The position numbers and the translations under genes were made by a program. The notes below the pieces were generated by a model. That model was not told the origin of the DNA, searched no databases, and saw only the letters and a list, made by a program, of their open reading frames with translations. Shown in pieces: positions 28,464-38,815 of a stretch of DNA of 64,000 nucleotides; positions within the stretch are counted from its first letter, which is position 1; each line of letters begins with the position of its first letter. The stretch lies in the IMG/VR virus record IMGVR_UViG_3300025405_000011, positions 68,619 through 132,618 of that record; one strand, 5' to 3'. This DNA is from a virus.

Positions 28464-30806
28464 TTACTGAATAATGGTTGGACTATTAAATCCATCTGAG
28501 CCATCATGATGCTTTTCTGTCATGCCATCTAGGGCTACATTCCCGTCATTAACTGTAGGGATTTCCATTTCTTCTTGCTTACCAACAGTATCGGTCATAG
28601 TATCTAGTACACTGGCCAGGTGTTCTTTGAATTCGTCTTCATTGAACTTTTCATAACTATCGTCTACAATAATCTTCATACCCTTAGCAAGCTTCATACG
28701 CTTGCGTTTCTTTTGCTCGAAGGGTACAGCAAACTTCATACGATCACCATAGGTAACGGTCTCGAATGGGTCTTCGTCTTCATCATCCCAACCGGCTACA
28801 CTAGCTGTCTTCTTCTTGGGTCCATTCTTAGGACCTTTCTTGGATGGCTTAGGTTGACTCTTTTTCTGTTCGTAAGAGATCTCTGGACGTTGACGTTCTT
28901 GAGGACCACTAGGATACATATCGGGCACTTGACTAACATCACTAGCGGGACCATTTCCGGTCATATTAGGGGCAGCAGGCATACTGGTAAGTCCGGCCAT
29001 GGCTCCTGGAGCTAGTTGAGCAGCCATAGCAGGATCTTCTAGCATCATTAGGTAGGCCTGGTATTCCTGCATATATTCTGGCGGGATTGGAAGTCCTAGA
29101 GTCATTAGACGGTTAAAGAGGTCTTTCTTAAATTGCTGTTCAGCAATAACTGTCTTGATCTTTTCATCCTTACGAGCTTCAACTTCATCATCAAAGTCGA
29201 TTGGAATATTAACTGCAAGTGTAGCAAGAGAGATTGGGAACCCACTAGCCTGTAGTTGTTGTAGAAACCCTCGTTCTACTGATTCATCTCGGAGGTTCAT
29301 ACTACGGAATCGTACCTCTGGAATAGCCAACTTTGGACGTTCTTCTACAAACTCAGCACCAGTTTCTTCATCGACCATGAGAACAGTTTCCATAACTGGA
29401 ACCATCTGTCCACCAACATTACGGTACTCATAGTGTCCTTGTCGTTCTGCAACTGGTTCCATACGACTACGAATAAATTGCTCGATCTTGTGTTGATAAG
29501 TAGAGAGCATTTGAGTAATAAGTTCTCGGTTAAGAGCACCCGAAGCGTAAGTACCACCCTGTCCACCCTGAATAAGATCACTACCAATACCGAATACTCC
29601 CATAACATTGGTCTGTACTCGCATAAAGTCTTGATCTAGTCTAGGCATACTTTCACGACCAAAAGCATTCTGAATCTGTAATCCATGGTGATAGGTCATC
29701 AAACGGAAGTCCGAGTTAATGGCCATAGCTAGGTCATCTCTTAGACTCTGTAGTTCTTGAGCATCCGGAATCCATGGACCGTCTTGGTCTACATCTGGAA
29801 GTCCAAGTGTAGCTAGAATTAATGGGCTATATAGTCGGTCAGCAATGGCATCTTGAGCAGCATTGAGACTTTCTTCCAGCATAAGCATACGGAAAGCACG
29901 AAGTAGAATAGGAGTACCGTGTTCACTCCAAGGATTAGTCTTAAACTTGATCTGCTTCATAATGACATCAGAGACTGGAATCTCTTTGTCTTGACGAGCC
30001 CAAGCTACAACATCCGGGTAGAGTTGCATAAGCATAGCATACTCTTCAGGAGGGTCACGACGTTCAATTAGACGCTTGATCTCTTCTGGAACCTTAATGT
30101 GATATTGATAGGTTCTTAGTGCACGATTTTTAGCCACGATAACATCATTAGGATTAATGATTTCATCTTCTTCCCAAGCACCAATACCATCATGCCAAGA
30201 ACCCATAGCAAATACTTCTCCTACGGTCCAGTGTTCACGACCTAGGTCGAAGAGGAACTCTTGATAGTTAAGTCCATCGAAGAATAGTTCATTATAGAAT
30301 TCACTAATTCTCTTGTCCGGGTGTATTAGTTCAATGTCTAAGAGTGGGAATCTCGTATAGATATCAATAAGTCCAGGAACCAAATGATGAGTCGTGTAGA
30401 GAAGTCTGGCCCAGTCTCTAATTTTACGTGTTTGTTCATCTGGGTCCTCCATATTGAACCACCAGGTGCGTTCACGCCAGTATTCAAATGGGTCATGTAG
30501 TTTAGGCCAAGCCCACTGTGCATCACTACCAGTAGCAGCACCCGTTCTGCGGTTAGCAGTATTGGATACTCCACCTTCAAGAATCATATTGTTCTTAAGG
30601 CTATTAAGTCTCTCTCGACCCTGAGGAGGACCACCTAGTGCTGTAGCCATAGGGCCAATTTCACTAGCCATTGCACCTGGAGTTTTAGCTCTAGTGAGCA
30701 TATCTCTGGCGGCTACACGAGCGGCCATAGGATTTTTGGGGAGAGTAAGTCCCGCTTGCCTCATTCTATTAAACTCAGATGAAGCACTCCAGTCCTGAGG
30801 AGACAT
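28464..30806 (-). CDS. Portal protein
   Basis: 780 aa; IDIYTRFP...LGREHWTVGEVF...HGTPILLRAFR.LMLEE.L.AAQ.AIADRLYSP. Long disordered C-terminus. Upstream of the protease. Confidence 0.8.
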   Translation of the reverse strand: MSPQDWSASSEFNRMRQAGLTLPKNPMAARVAARDMLTRAKTPGAMASEIGPMATALGGPPQGRERLNSLKNNMILEGGVSNTANRRTGAATGSDAQWAWPKLHDPFEYWRERTWWFNMEDPDEQTRKIRDWARLLYTTHHLVPGLIDIYTRFPLLDIELIHPDKRISEFYNELFFDGLNYQEFLFDLGREHWTVGEVFAMGSWHDGIGAWEEDEIINPNDVIVAKNRALRTYQYHIKVPEEIKRLIERRDPPEEYAMLMQLYPDVVAWARQDKEIPVSDVIMKQIKFKTNPWSEHGTPILLRAFRMLMLEESLNAAQDAIADRLYSPLILATLGLPDVDQDGPWIPDAQELQSLRDDLAMAINSDFRLMTYHHGLQIQNAFGRESMPRLDQDFMRVQTNVMGVFGIGSDLIQGGQGGTYASGALNRELITQMLSTYQHKIEQFIRSRMEPVAERQGHYEYRNVGGQMVPVMETVLMVDEETGAEFVEERPKLAIPEVRFRSMNLRDESVERGFLQQLQASGFPISLATLAVNIPIDFDDEVEARKDEKIKTVIAEQQFKKDLFNRLMTLGLPIPPEYMQEYQAYLMMLEDPAMAAQLAPGAMAGLTSMPAAPNMTGNGPASDVSQVPDMYPSGPQERQRPEISYEQKKSQPKPSKKGPKNGPKKKTASVAGWDDEDEDPFETVTYGDRMKFAVPFEQKKRKRMKLAKGMKIIVDDSYEKFNEDEFKEHLASVLDTMTDTVGKQEEMEIPTVNDGNVALDGMTEKHHDGSDGFNSPTIIQ

Positions 30807-30818
30807 CGATTATCCTAT

Positions 30819-31004
30819 CTAGTTATTGCAGCAGCCAATGCCGGGAGCAAGTTCTGCCATGCAAGTCGGGCAGATACTAGCACCACGACCGAGCATAATA
30901 GTTCCACCACTACCCTCACCGGAAATAATTTCATTACCACCAAGAGTGAAGTTGGCACCAACTCTACGAGTATTAGCAGTACGTATATTTTGGTTTCTTT
31001 CCAT
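30819..31004 (-). CDS. Small Cys-containing protein (61 aa)
   Basis: Start MERNQNIRTAN at 31004 with AGGAG RBS. Contains CPTC and a terminal CC. Confidence 0.55.
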   Translation of the reverse strand: MERNQNIRTANTRRVGANFTLGGNEIISGEGSGGTIMLGRGASICPTCMAELAPGIGCCNN

Positions 31005-31032
31005 AATTAAATCAACTCCTATTATAGTATAT

Positions 31033-31722
31033 TTATTGACCGATGTAGGTGTGGTCAGCGTTGGTATTTGAATAAGGGGTTGGACCATCAATTTCACTAA
31101 CAATGGCTCCACCACTAATACTGATATTTTGAGGATTAGCAATATTCATTTGACCAATTCCACCATTGGCTGCAGTAGCATTCTTACCGACTCCCATAGC
31201 ACTAAGGTCGGTAAACATACCGCCCAGTGACCAATCGATAATTCCATTACCACCACTGGCGGTTAAACGATAGGCATTGTAGAGATTTCCACTAACACCA
31301 ACTAGACTAATAACATAGGGAACATTGGCACTAGTCACTGTAACTGAACCAAGAGTATGCCAGTTGGTGGAAGAGTAGACATTTAGTCCACCATAACGGT
31401 TACCGGTACCTTGTAGTCTAACTACACAAGAACCACTCCACGCAGTCTCTGCAGTAAGTACGGCACCAGTACATTCGATGTCTTGTATACTAGTAGTAGA
31501 GTCAGGGGTGCATACATACCCTACATCAGTTCCCCCACTTACAACTACTAGTCCTGGAACTAGACTTCCCGGTACATTTCCAGAGATTACTGGAGAAGTA
31601 GGATAGGGTACTGGGGCTGGGTTAACATTACTTGCACTTCCGTTACCATAAAGAGTAACAAACTGACCCAATACATATGGGGTCTTTGCTTGCTTGGGAC
31701 CTTTACCTTCTGCGAAATTCAT
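31033..31722 (-). CDS. Hypothetical virion protein (beta-rich, SG-rich)
   Basis: 229 aa, RBS AGGAG. Confidence 0.6.
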   Translation of the reverse strand: MNFAEGKGPKQAKTPYVLGQFVTLYGNGSASNVNPAPVPYPTSPVISGNVPGSLVPGLVVVSGGTDVGYVCTPDSTTSIQDIECTGAVLTAETAWSGSCVVRLQGTGNRYGGLNVYSSTNWHTLGSVTVTSANVPYVISLVGVSGNLYNAYRLTASGGNGIIDWSLGGMFTDLSAMGVGKNATAANGGIGQMNIANPQNISISGGAIVSEIDGPTPYSNTNADHTYIGQ

Positions 31723-31730
31723 AATTGCTC

Positions 31731-32327
31731 CTATAGACTTAGGTAGTCGATACCCAAATCATCACTTTGTGACTCTTGTAAAAATTTCATAGCATTTAAT
31801 GCTATTTGATCATCCGCAACTGAAGTCATCGGTACTTCTATCGACTCTCTGTTTTGCATAGACGGTTGTACTGTGCTAGGCTTAGGAGATGAAACTTCTG
31901 GTCTAGAAATCATTTGTGGACGAATAGTAGATGACTTCTCTATCTTATCTTCCAAGGCCTTGAGTCCTTTTGTAAGGGTTATGTCAAGGTTTTTATAGTG
32001 CTTCTCTAGGATAGGTTCTATCTTAGACTCAATCGTAGTTTCCGGATCACTAAACATCCCTTCTAGAACTCGAGTGGCACTATCCCAGATAAACTGTGAA
32101 GATAAGGAACCAACTAGTCTACACAGACGTTTCTGTTGATCGTCCCATTCGAATTCATATGTTCTACCGTCATAGTCTGTTACTGACCCATAGTGTATAT
32201 ACTTTACTGAACCTTCAACAGTTGCAAAGTCTATGGCTACGAGTTCTTTAGTGACGGGGACTTGCTTAACCTCAAGGACCTCTTCTACCGGGGTAGAAAC
32301 AATCTTAGTTTTTTTAAAGTTGAACAT
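31731..32327 (-). CDS. Hypothetical protein
   Basis: 198-aa ORF in the operon. Confidence 0.6.
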   Translation of the reverse strand: MFNFKKTKIVSTPVEEVLEVKQVPVTKELVAIDFATVEGSVKYIHYGSVTDYDGRTYEFEWDDQQKRLCRLVGSLSSQFIWDSATRVLEGMFSDPETTIESKIEPILEKHYKNLDITLTKGLKALEDKIEKSSTIRPQMISRPEVSSPKPSTVQPSMQNRESIEVPMTSVADDQIALNAMKFLQESQSDDLGIDYLSL

Positions 32328-32331
32328 TGTC

Positions 32332-32835
32332 TTAGTTCTGAACTACCAATTCATAGTCGTTTTTACGCTCTACTGAAGCCGTACGGTCATCCCAGATGAC
32401 GGCAAACTCTGCATCACCTACGGCAACTACAGTACCGGCAATCTTTACAGATGGAGTTTCTGTATAGACACGACTACCTACGAGAGTTGCAGCAGTTGAG
32501 CTGGCAATAACTCCCATTGTAAAGTCTTCACGAGTCTGTTGACGACTAAAACCTTTGCTTTGCATAACAAGCTGACCATAAGGTGCTGTCTGCTGTGCTG
32601 GGTTCTTAAATTCATTTACTTTGTCTGTGTGCTCTACAATAGCATCATTCTTGTCAAAGCGTTGTGCAAGACCTTGCTGTTGTTCTTTGTAAGCCTGCTC
32701 ATTTTGATCATAGTCAAGACTGTCAGCATCCATATAGTCATTGGGCATTTGCTTACCCGGCATAATGAAGTCTACGTCAACTGGACTAGGTCCGTCAAAT
32801 AGATCGGCGATTTTAATATTTAAACGTGGTTCCAT
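32332..32835 (-). CDS. Hypothetical protein with C-terminal SH3/Tudor-like beta barrel
   Basis: LVGSRVY...GTVVAVG..EFAVIWDD...E...YELV. Confidence 0.55.
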   Translation of the reverse strand: MEPRLNIKIADLFDGPSPVDVDFIMPGKQMPNDYMDADSLDYDQNEQAYKEQQQGLAQRFDKNDAIVEHTDKVNEFKNPAQQTAPYGQLVMQSKGFSRQQTREDFTMGVIASSTAATLVGSRVYTETPSVKIAGTVVAVGDAEFAVIWDDRTASVERKNDYELVVQN

Positions 32836-32904
32836 GATTTCTCTTTCACTAGTATAGATTGAGATCTATACGCTATAGTTAACTACTACCTTAAATTACA
32901 TTTA

Positions 32905-33315
32905 TTATTGGTGAGGCGGGATAAACTTACCGGGCTGTGGTGGTTTGGCTTTAGGAGTTGGTGCAGGGACTCCTACCCCATCTTCCATATTAGTTGCTTC
33001 TACTGAAGTCATAGGGGATACTTCAGGAGAAGCATAGGTCATGTGTTCTACTTTTAGTACATCTCCGAGACTAGTAAGAAACGGTGGTTCTATTGGAGTT
33101 GGGGGAATGTGTCTAAAGTTTTGCATAAAAGCAAACGGATCAGACTCACATTCAGTGTGTGCAAATAATGCAGTTCCATCAGGGGCAGTAGAGGTTTGCT
33201 TTACTGCTCCTTTACCATTGTCATTAGGCGGATCATCACAAAATCTACAAGGCTGAGCTATACTCTGCTCTGAGTTAAGATCTTTGGGTTTCATATAACC
33301 GATTTTTTCTATCAT
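32905..33315 (-). CDS. Hypothetical Pro-rich protein with CxxC..HxxC
   Basis: CRFC...AHTEC; ATGA overlap with the upstream gene. Confidence 0.55.
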   Translation of the reverse strand: MIEKIGYMKPKDLNSEQSIAQPCRFCDDPPNDNGKGAVKQTSTAPDGTALFAHTECESDPFAFMQNFRHIPPTPIEPPFLTSLGDVLKVEHMTYASPEVSPMTSVEATNMEDGVGVPAPTPKAKPPQPGKFIPPHQ

Positions 33316-36300
33316 ACTCGACTATTAAACTTTCTACTAGAGGTCCTAGGTTTAAAACTATCTACGATGTCTTCGACTTTATGACCCCTATTAACTAGTC
33401 TATCGGCAACATCCATTTTTTCTTCTAGACTAAGATCACGACCAATTGATTTGGAAACATGCTCTACGGCTTCACTACCAGACATGGTGGCTTTTGGAGC
33501 TTCTGTACTAGTTGTGGAGCTAGGAGTACTAGGAGTAAACTTTTTAAACTTAGGCGACATATGTCCGGTGTCTCCCATAAGACCTGTTTCTGGACTAGTT
33601 TCCACTGCTCGAGTAAACCCACTACGATCATTGTGCTCTTGTGCAGCACTAAGTATACCGGTAACCCCATTGCGTATTTCTGGGTCAGGGTGTCTAGTAG
33701 CTAGATCACGAAGAGCGTCACCACCGAATGGGTTAGGTGCTATACTACGCTCTTCTCCTGTTATATTCTTGTCTAGTTCTTCATTTGTAGGTGGAGTCTG
33801 TCTTCTACGCCCTGGAAAAGTACGAGCAGGAGCTGTAATTGTATGAGTACCAAAGTCTAGCAAGTGAGGTAATACAGCATTGTCAACGTGTACTACATCA
33901 TCTTTGTGAACTCCTCTAACAATATTATATTGCCAGTTGCTTGCTGCTTTTACCTTGTCGGGGTTAACATTCTTAGGGAAGTTTCTACGTGATTCACTAG
34001 GTATATAGGCTTGTAGAACATCATGAGTACCATTATCATATGTATGTAGAATCATACCTAGAGTACGTTCTCCACTAGAAGCAAACTCAGCAGGATTTTG
34101 ACCCAAGTGACCTGGCATATGTACTACGTGACCTGGAGTACAAGCTTTACCATCAGTGGGATCATGCTCAGTGTGTCTGGCTAGTCCTACTGGGATGGGA
34201 TCAAAACTACCACTAATACGATATGGTCTTTGATAGTGTGTATCAGATTTATGTAATTTTGCACCGGGGATAGACAATATCTTGTTACGTATTTTATCTA
34301 GCTTAGATCTATATGGGCAGTCAGCCATACAACCTACACTACGTCTACCAGAAGAAAGCATTCTACCCGGTTCACAGTAGTTCATGTGATAGTCTAGATC
34401 TGCATTGTTTTTAATCATTGTACTTCTACGAACAGTCTCACCTGAACGAGGTTCATAACCTGTACCACCACAGCTAGGGCAGTTTGATTTATCAGTCCCT
34501 AGACAACTGAGGCAAGGACTATTCTTTTTAAGTGACTTAGTAATACCACTATAGGTTTCACGTAGTCCAGACATATATTTGGCTACACCTTGACGCCAAC
34601 TTTCACGAGCATCTTGGTTAGCAGCCACATCTGGACGAGTGGCTCTTAAATGTCTACTCTGTTCATCAAGTGAACGCAAACGATCTTCATAACCGGGTTC
34701 ACCCTTTTTAAGTACAGTCGGTCCTGGAATACTTACTTCTTGTTGACCTTCTCCATAGTCTTTTAGAGTAGGGGTAAGCTTTACTGAAGGAGTATTGGAG
34801 CTTGAACTTTCTTCCATTTCATCTTCATAGCCAGATGCAAGCTTGAGAGCATTAAATATTCTACGGAAGTAAGAGCCTACCTTTTGTGAAGTAGACATAG
34901 TGTAAGGGTTTTCAGTACTAGGAACAGCCATGGGAAGTGTTCCATTATTCCTACTTAAAAAACCTCTTAGGCTCTTTAGATATCTACCGGTCTTACCGTA
35001 CTGTGAGCCAGAACTAATTGAAGTCTCTTTCTTTAATTCTGAATCATTCCAGTCTACTCCGGGAGTTAGAAAGCCAGTAGGGATTCTCTCTCTACTTCTA
35101 GTACCAAAGTTTTTTTCTGAACGATCTTCTAGTTGTATACGTGAACGAGGGGTTATAGATGTACCAGTAGCATTCTGCTCTGTATCATTACTGGGTAGAC
35201 TCTCTGTACTAAGATGGGTCTGTACAGATTCTGGTGAACTAGCAAAGTGCTTTATAAAGGCCATTGGAACAGCATTTCCAGGCATATCGGGTACATAGGC
35301 TCTATTAGGTTTTGACTTGCCTTCCTCAACATGACCTGAGTGACCGGCTCTACAGCTACAAGGTTTTCCATTGCTCTTGACATAATCGTCATTACCCTTA
35401 CAAACTGGGCATTCTGGGTTAGCTGTGTCTTTATAATGAACATCTTGCTCATCATGAGGGCATCTAATAGAAGTAATAGGGTTACCGAACCCAGTAATAC
35501 GTTGTAGTATTTTTTTAGCACGGTGTTTAACAATTTTTGTTATTGCTCCAGTGCCACCACAAGGTTTGTGGGTATTGTCTGGAGTAGTAGAAATTGAACC
35601 AGTAGAAGACATAGAACCTTCACTGTCCGGTTGTGAACAGTTTTCACAAGAGTGTAGTCCATTCCCTAGTGTTGGTTCAAATCCTTCACCTTTACATTCA
35701 GGGCATCTTACATATTTACCAGCAGGAGAGAATTTGGTTCCTGGTTCATAAACTTCACCATGATGAGATGCATCACCGTGTGTTGAAATACAAGTTTTGC
35801 ATTTACGAGGAGCAACTTCTTGACCTTGCTCGTTAAGAACTGGTTTTACTAGTCCAGGACCAGCACCTGTACTAACATGCTCTAGAGTAGTCTTACCTTC
35901 ATCACTAGTTACTGGACGATAATTTTTATGACCAAGTGTACATTCATCACAAGGCTCTGAATTTTCTCTGGCATTATTATTGGTTTTACCACTCTTACAA
36001 CTACACTGCTCAGTTTTAGTAGTATCCGGCTTACCTTCCAGTCTAGTCTGCCATCTTTGAAACCATCTAGGGCTTCCAGTACTTACTACTTCAATACGAT
36101 TAGATTTTTGATATTCGTGCCTTGCAGGGTCCTTGTGTTCTTCTTTGAGTTTTCCACAAGAACAAGGAGCTGCCCAGTTACCATTAGAGTCTTTTTCAGT
36201 ATCGTGTAGCCAACAACTGTCATTTCTATCAGCAGACTTTTCAGATCCTATGTAGGGGTGTGGTCCTACTGTACCATCTACTTCATGTATGTTGGGGTGA

Positions 36301-36923
36301 GCTTCTTTAGGATGTCCACACTCTAGACAACCAGTCTTCTTTTCAGGAGTAGAGTCATTAGAAGAGATACCTCTAAGTACACTCTTAAATAGTCCCTTAG
36401 GATTAAAGTTTGTAGTTAGTGTAGCTTTTTTAGTTACGATTCGAGTTTGTTGAGCACTAACGGGAATAAAGGCTGGAAGATGCTCATAGCCTTCGATCCC
36501 ATGACCCGTGTGCTCTGTATAGCGGTTTGTGTCTTTAAGCCCTGAAATAACTTGTTCATAGTTGGGCTTAATTCTTTCATCACTAGGGTCTATGTGTACC
36601 CAAGTAGGTGGACGCACTGACCCTTCAGAAAAAGTAGTGTCTATATCTGATTTAAAATCTGGGTGACCAGTAAGTAAGAGTACACCCTTACTGTATGGAG
36701 CCATACGTTCTTTACTGGGTCGATTTTGTCTACGACGCTCTACTGGTTGAGTTACTGAACGCTCTAGTTCAAGTCTCTGTTCTCCTCTAGGGCTAACATA
36801 TCGACTGGGTCCTTTATTTAGAAAAGTACGAGTGGGGACCGAAGTCTCTTCACGCCATTGTTGCTCTTCTGCTTTGACCTTTTTCTTTTTGGCCGAGTCT
36901 TTGTTAAAAGTGAATCTAGCCAT
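33312..36923 (-). CDS. Large multi-zinc-finger protein (DnaJ-type CxxCxGxG and Cys/His motifs)
   Basis: CPECKGEG, CPVCKG, CLSCLG, CPSCGGTG, CGHPKEAH and CGKLKEEH within 1203 aa. Confidence 0.7.
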   Translation of the reverse strand: MARFTFNKDSAKKKKVKAEEQQWREETSVPTRTFLNKGPSRYVSPRGEQRLELERSVTQPVERRRQNRPSKERMAPYSKGVLLLTGHPDFKSDIDTTFSEGSVRPPTWVHIDPSDERIKPNYEQVISGLKDTNRYTEHTGHGIEGYEHLPAFIPVSAQQTRIVTKKATLTTNFNPKGLFKSVLRGISSNDSTPEKKTGCLECGHPKEAHPNIHEVDGTVGPHPYIGSEKSADRNDSCWLHDTEKDSNGNWAAPCSCGKLKEEHKDPARHEYQKSNRIEVVSTGSPRWFQRWQTRLEGKPDTTKTEQCSCKSGKTNNNARENSEPCDECTLGHKNYRPVTSDEGKTTLEHVSTGAGPGLVKPVLNEQGQEVAPRKCKTCISTHGDASHHGEVYEPGTKFSPAGKYVRCPECKGEGFEPTLGNGLHSCENCSQPDSEGSMSSTGSISTTPDNTHKPCGGTGAITKIVKHRAKKILQRITGFGNPITSIRCPHDEQDVHYKDTANPECPVCKGNDDYVKSNGKPCSCRAGHSGHVEEGKSKPNRAYVPDMPGNAVPMAFIKHFASSPESVQTHLSTESLPSNDTEQNATGTSITPRSRIQLEDRSEKNFGTRSRERIPTGFLTPGVDWNDSELKKETSISSGSQYGKTGRYLKSLRGFLSRNNGTLPMAVPSTENPYTMSTSQKVGSYFRRIFNALKLASGYEDEMEESSSSNTPSVKLTPTLKDYGEGQQEVSIPGPTVLKKGEPGYEDRLRSLDEQSRHLRATRPDVAANQDARESWRQGVAKYMSGLRETYSGITKSLKKNSPCLSCLGTDKSNCPSCGGTGYEPRSGETVRRSTMIKNNADLDYHMNYCEPGRMLSSGRRSVGCMADCPYRSKLDKIRNKILSIPGAKLHKSDTHYQRPYRISGSFDPIPVGLARHTEHDPTDGKACTPGHVVHMPGHLGQNPAEFASSGERTLGMILHTYDNGTHDVLQAYIPSESRRNFPKNVNPDKVKAASNWQYNIVRGVHKDDVVHVDNAVLPHLLDFGTHTITAPARTFPGRRRQTPPTNEELDKNITGEERSIAPNPFGGDALRDLATRHPDPEIRNGVTGILSAAQEHNDRSGFTRAVETSPETGLMGDTGHMSPKFKKFTPSTPSSTTSTEAPKATMSGSEAVEHVSKSIGRDLSLEEKMDVADRLVNRGHKVEDIVDSFKPRTSSRKFNSRV

Positions 36924-37381
36924 TAGCTCTCATCCCCACTTATTCGATCGTTTTCTTCTCTTAGTTTGTCTTTTGCTTTGAGTTTACGGTTACGGAATTT
37001 TTTAATAGTAGCATCTTCACTACCCTGTAGACCTTCTAGTTCCTTGTCCATCTCATAGTCCATACGTCTAGATTCATTTTTATTGCCTCTACCCACTAGA
37101 CTACGAACTATATCCATACTGCCAGAGCCTTGTGGATTTGGGAAGAATGCATTTTTTAATAGTGCATGATGTTCACGACAAACTGGAATACCATTGTCTC
37201 TAATTGTAAATAGTTCTGAGCTAGGGCGATTGCTATTGAATCGTCCTTGTTCTTCATCCTGAGCTCCATATCTACAAGGAGTAAGCTCTCCATCTCCAAT
37301 AACTGATTTTAGTAGAGTTGGGTGATCACGAAGTTCATCAAAAATGCATGGACTTTTTTCGTCATGTATGTGATCTGTCAT
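36923..37381 (-). CDS. Hypothetical protein
   Basis: Likely start MTDHIHD at 37381 (TAATG coupling). Contains VCREH. Confidence 0.6.
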   Translation of the reverse strand: MTDHIHDEKSPCIFDELRDHPTLLKSVIGDGELTPCRYGAQDEEQGRFNSNRPSSELFTIRDNGIPVCREHHALLKNAFFPNPQGSGSMDIVRSLVGRGNKNESRRMDYEMDKELEGLQGSEDATIKKFRNRKLKAKDKLREENDRISGDES

Positions 37382-38790
37382 TATTGTTCTCCACCCGAGC
37401 ATTCAGTGCAGGCTAGATTCTTTCGTACTATACCAGGCATTTCACTAACAGGAGCATTTTTAATCTGACTCTTGAATTCTGGACTTTGTTCTATTTCTCG
37501 ATAATTAGATTTTTTACCGGAACCATTACAGGTACCACAAGAACTCTTAATAGAAGTAGTAGGCCTAGTTCCAGATTCTGCAGGTTCTTCTTCAGGTTCT
37601 TCTTCAGGTTTTTCTTCTAGAGTACGAGGGTTATCTAGTCCAGGTCCTTCTATTTCTTTTTTAGGAGCTTCTACCTTAGTTTTAGGAGCTTCATATTCCG
37701 GCTCATTACCGTCTTCATCTAGTAAAGGCAAGTCCTCTTCGTCATCTTCATCTTCATCTTGTCTACTCTCTTCGTGAGGTATAGAAGCAGGAGTTTTGTG
37801 TACTGCTGGAGTAAACTTTTTCTTTTCCAAAATCTCAGAAGATACCTTGTTGCCTTGACAAGTAGGACATACATCTGGGTGATCAGGGAGTGAGCAGTTG
37901 CTACAAGCGGTCTTGCCCTTCTTAGGGTCTATAACAAGTCCAGAACCTTCACAGTTCTTACACTTACCCCAGTTGCCATCTTTATCTTGTTCTAAGTGAT
38001 GATTTTTTCCACTACCCAGACAGTTTTCACATTCAGGGGTATCCGAAGCGACTGAACCAGTATTTTTACAAGCTGGACAGCCTTCTTCCCCCGTAGGGCG
38101 ATGATAAGTATAGGTCTTGCCTTCGTCTAGAATTTTTTGTCCTGAAAATTCACTAAGTCCTTTGCAGGCTGGGCATTCTTTGTAGTCTTCATGTTCTACT
38201 TCAGGGCTGTGGTGTTCTTCAAGCTCTACTTGATGGAATCCTCCAGGGCCTTCTCCAATACCACCAGCATGCTCTATTGGGTGTTCAACTTGAAACCAGG
38301 GTTCAGAAGTGTCTTCTTCGTCAAAGTTGGGTTCTATGTCAGAGTTGGCTGTAAAATGAAATTTGACATTGGCACGACGTATAGTTCCGTTCAATACTAA
38401 GTCGTCTTTTAGAATCTTATCGTAAGCACCGGTTCCATAGTCACTAGAGTCTAGTCTAGTGTGTGGACCCTCTCTATGGGTTCTACCTTCCATACCTCGA
38501 ACTCCAAATTGCAAAGGAGCATTACGATGTCTAGGCATACAGGTATTGGAACCGTTTACAAAAGGATTACATATAGTTGTCTTGCCCAGAGTAATCAGTA
38601 CCGGTTGGCTACGAGGGTGGTCATCAGGAGCATGCATTTCTTGCTGTCCACAAAATTCACAAGTTCTTCCAGAGACACTAGAGACAGGTCCTTCAGGAGA
38701 ATATTGAGCAGGATACTTGTTCCACCAAACATTCGGGTGAAGGGTGGCTCCTTCTTCTAATTCAGAGGATGCATTGCGTGAATTAAACAC
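37381..38790 (-). CDS. Acidic protein with DnaJ-type CxxCxGxG repeats
   Basis: CPACKG, CPACKNTG, CENCLGSG, CKNCEGSG, CPTCQG, CGTCNGSG. GTG start. Confidence 0.7.
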   Translation of the reverse strand: MFNSRNASSELEEGATLHPNVWWNKYPAQYSPEGPVSSVSGRTCEFCGQQEMHAPDDHPRSQPVLITLGKTTICNPFVNGSNTCMPRHRNAPLQFGVRGMEGRTHREGPHTRLDSSDYGTGAYDKILKDDLVLNGTIRRANVKFHFTANSDIEPNFDEEDTSEPWFQVEHPIEHAGGIGEGPGGFHQVELEEHHSPEVEHEDYKECPACKGLSEFSGQKILDEGKTYTYHRPTGEEGCPACKNTGSVASDTPECENCLGSGKNHHLEQDKDGNWGKCKNCEGSGLVIDPKKGKTACSNCSLPDHPDVCPTCQGNKVSSEILEKKKFTPAVHKTPASIPHEESRQDEDEDDEEDLPLLDEDGNEPEYEAPKTKVEAPKKEIEGPGLDNPRTLEEKPEEEPEEEPAESGTRPTTSIKSSCGTCNGSGKKSNYREIEQSPEFKSQIKNAPVSEMPGIVRKNLACTECSGGEQ

Positions 38791-38815
38791 TTGACTAATC
38801 TATCTGGTCTAGTGA

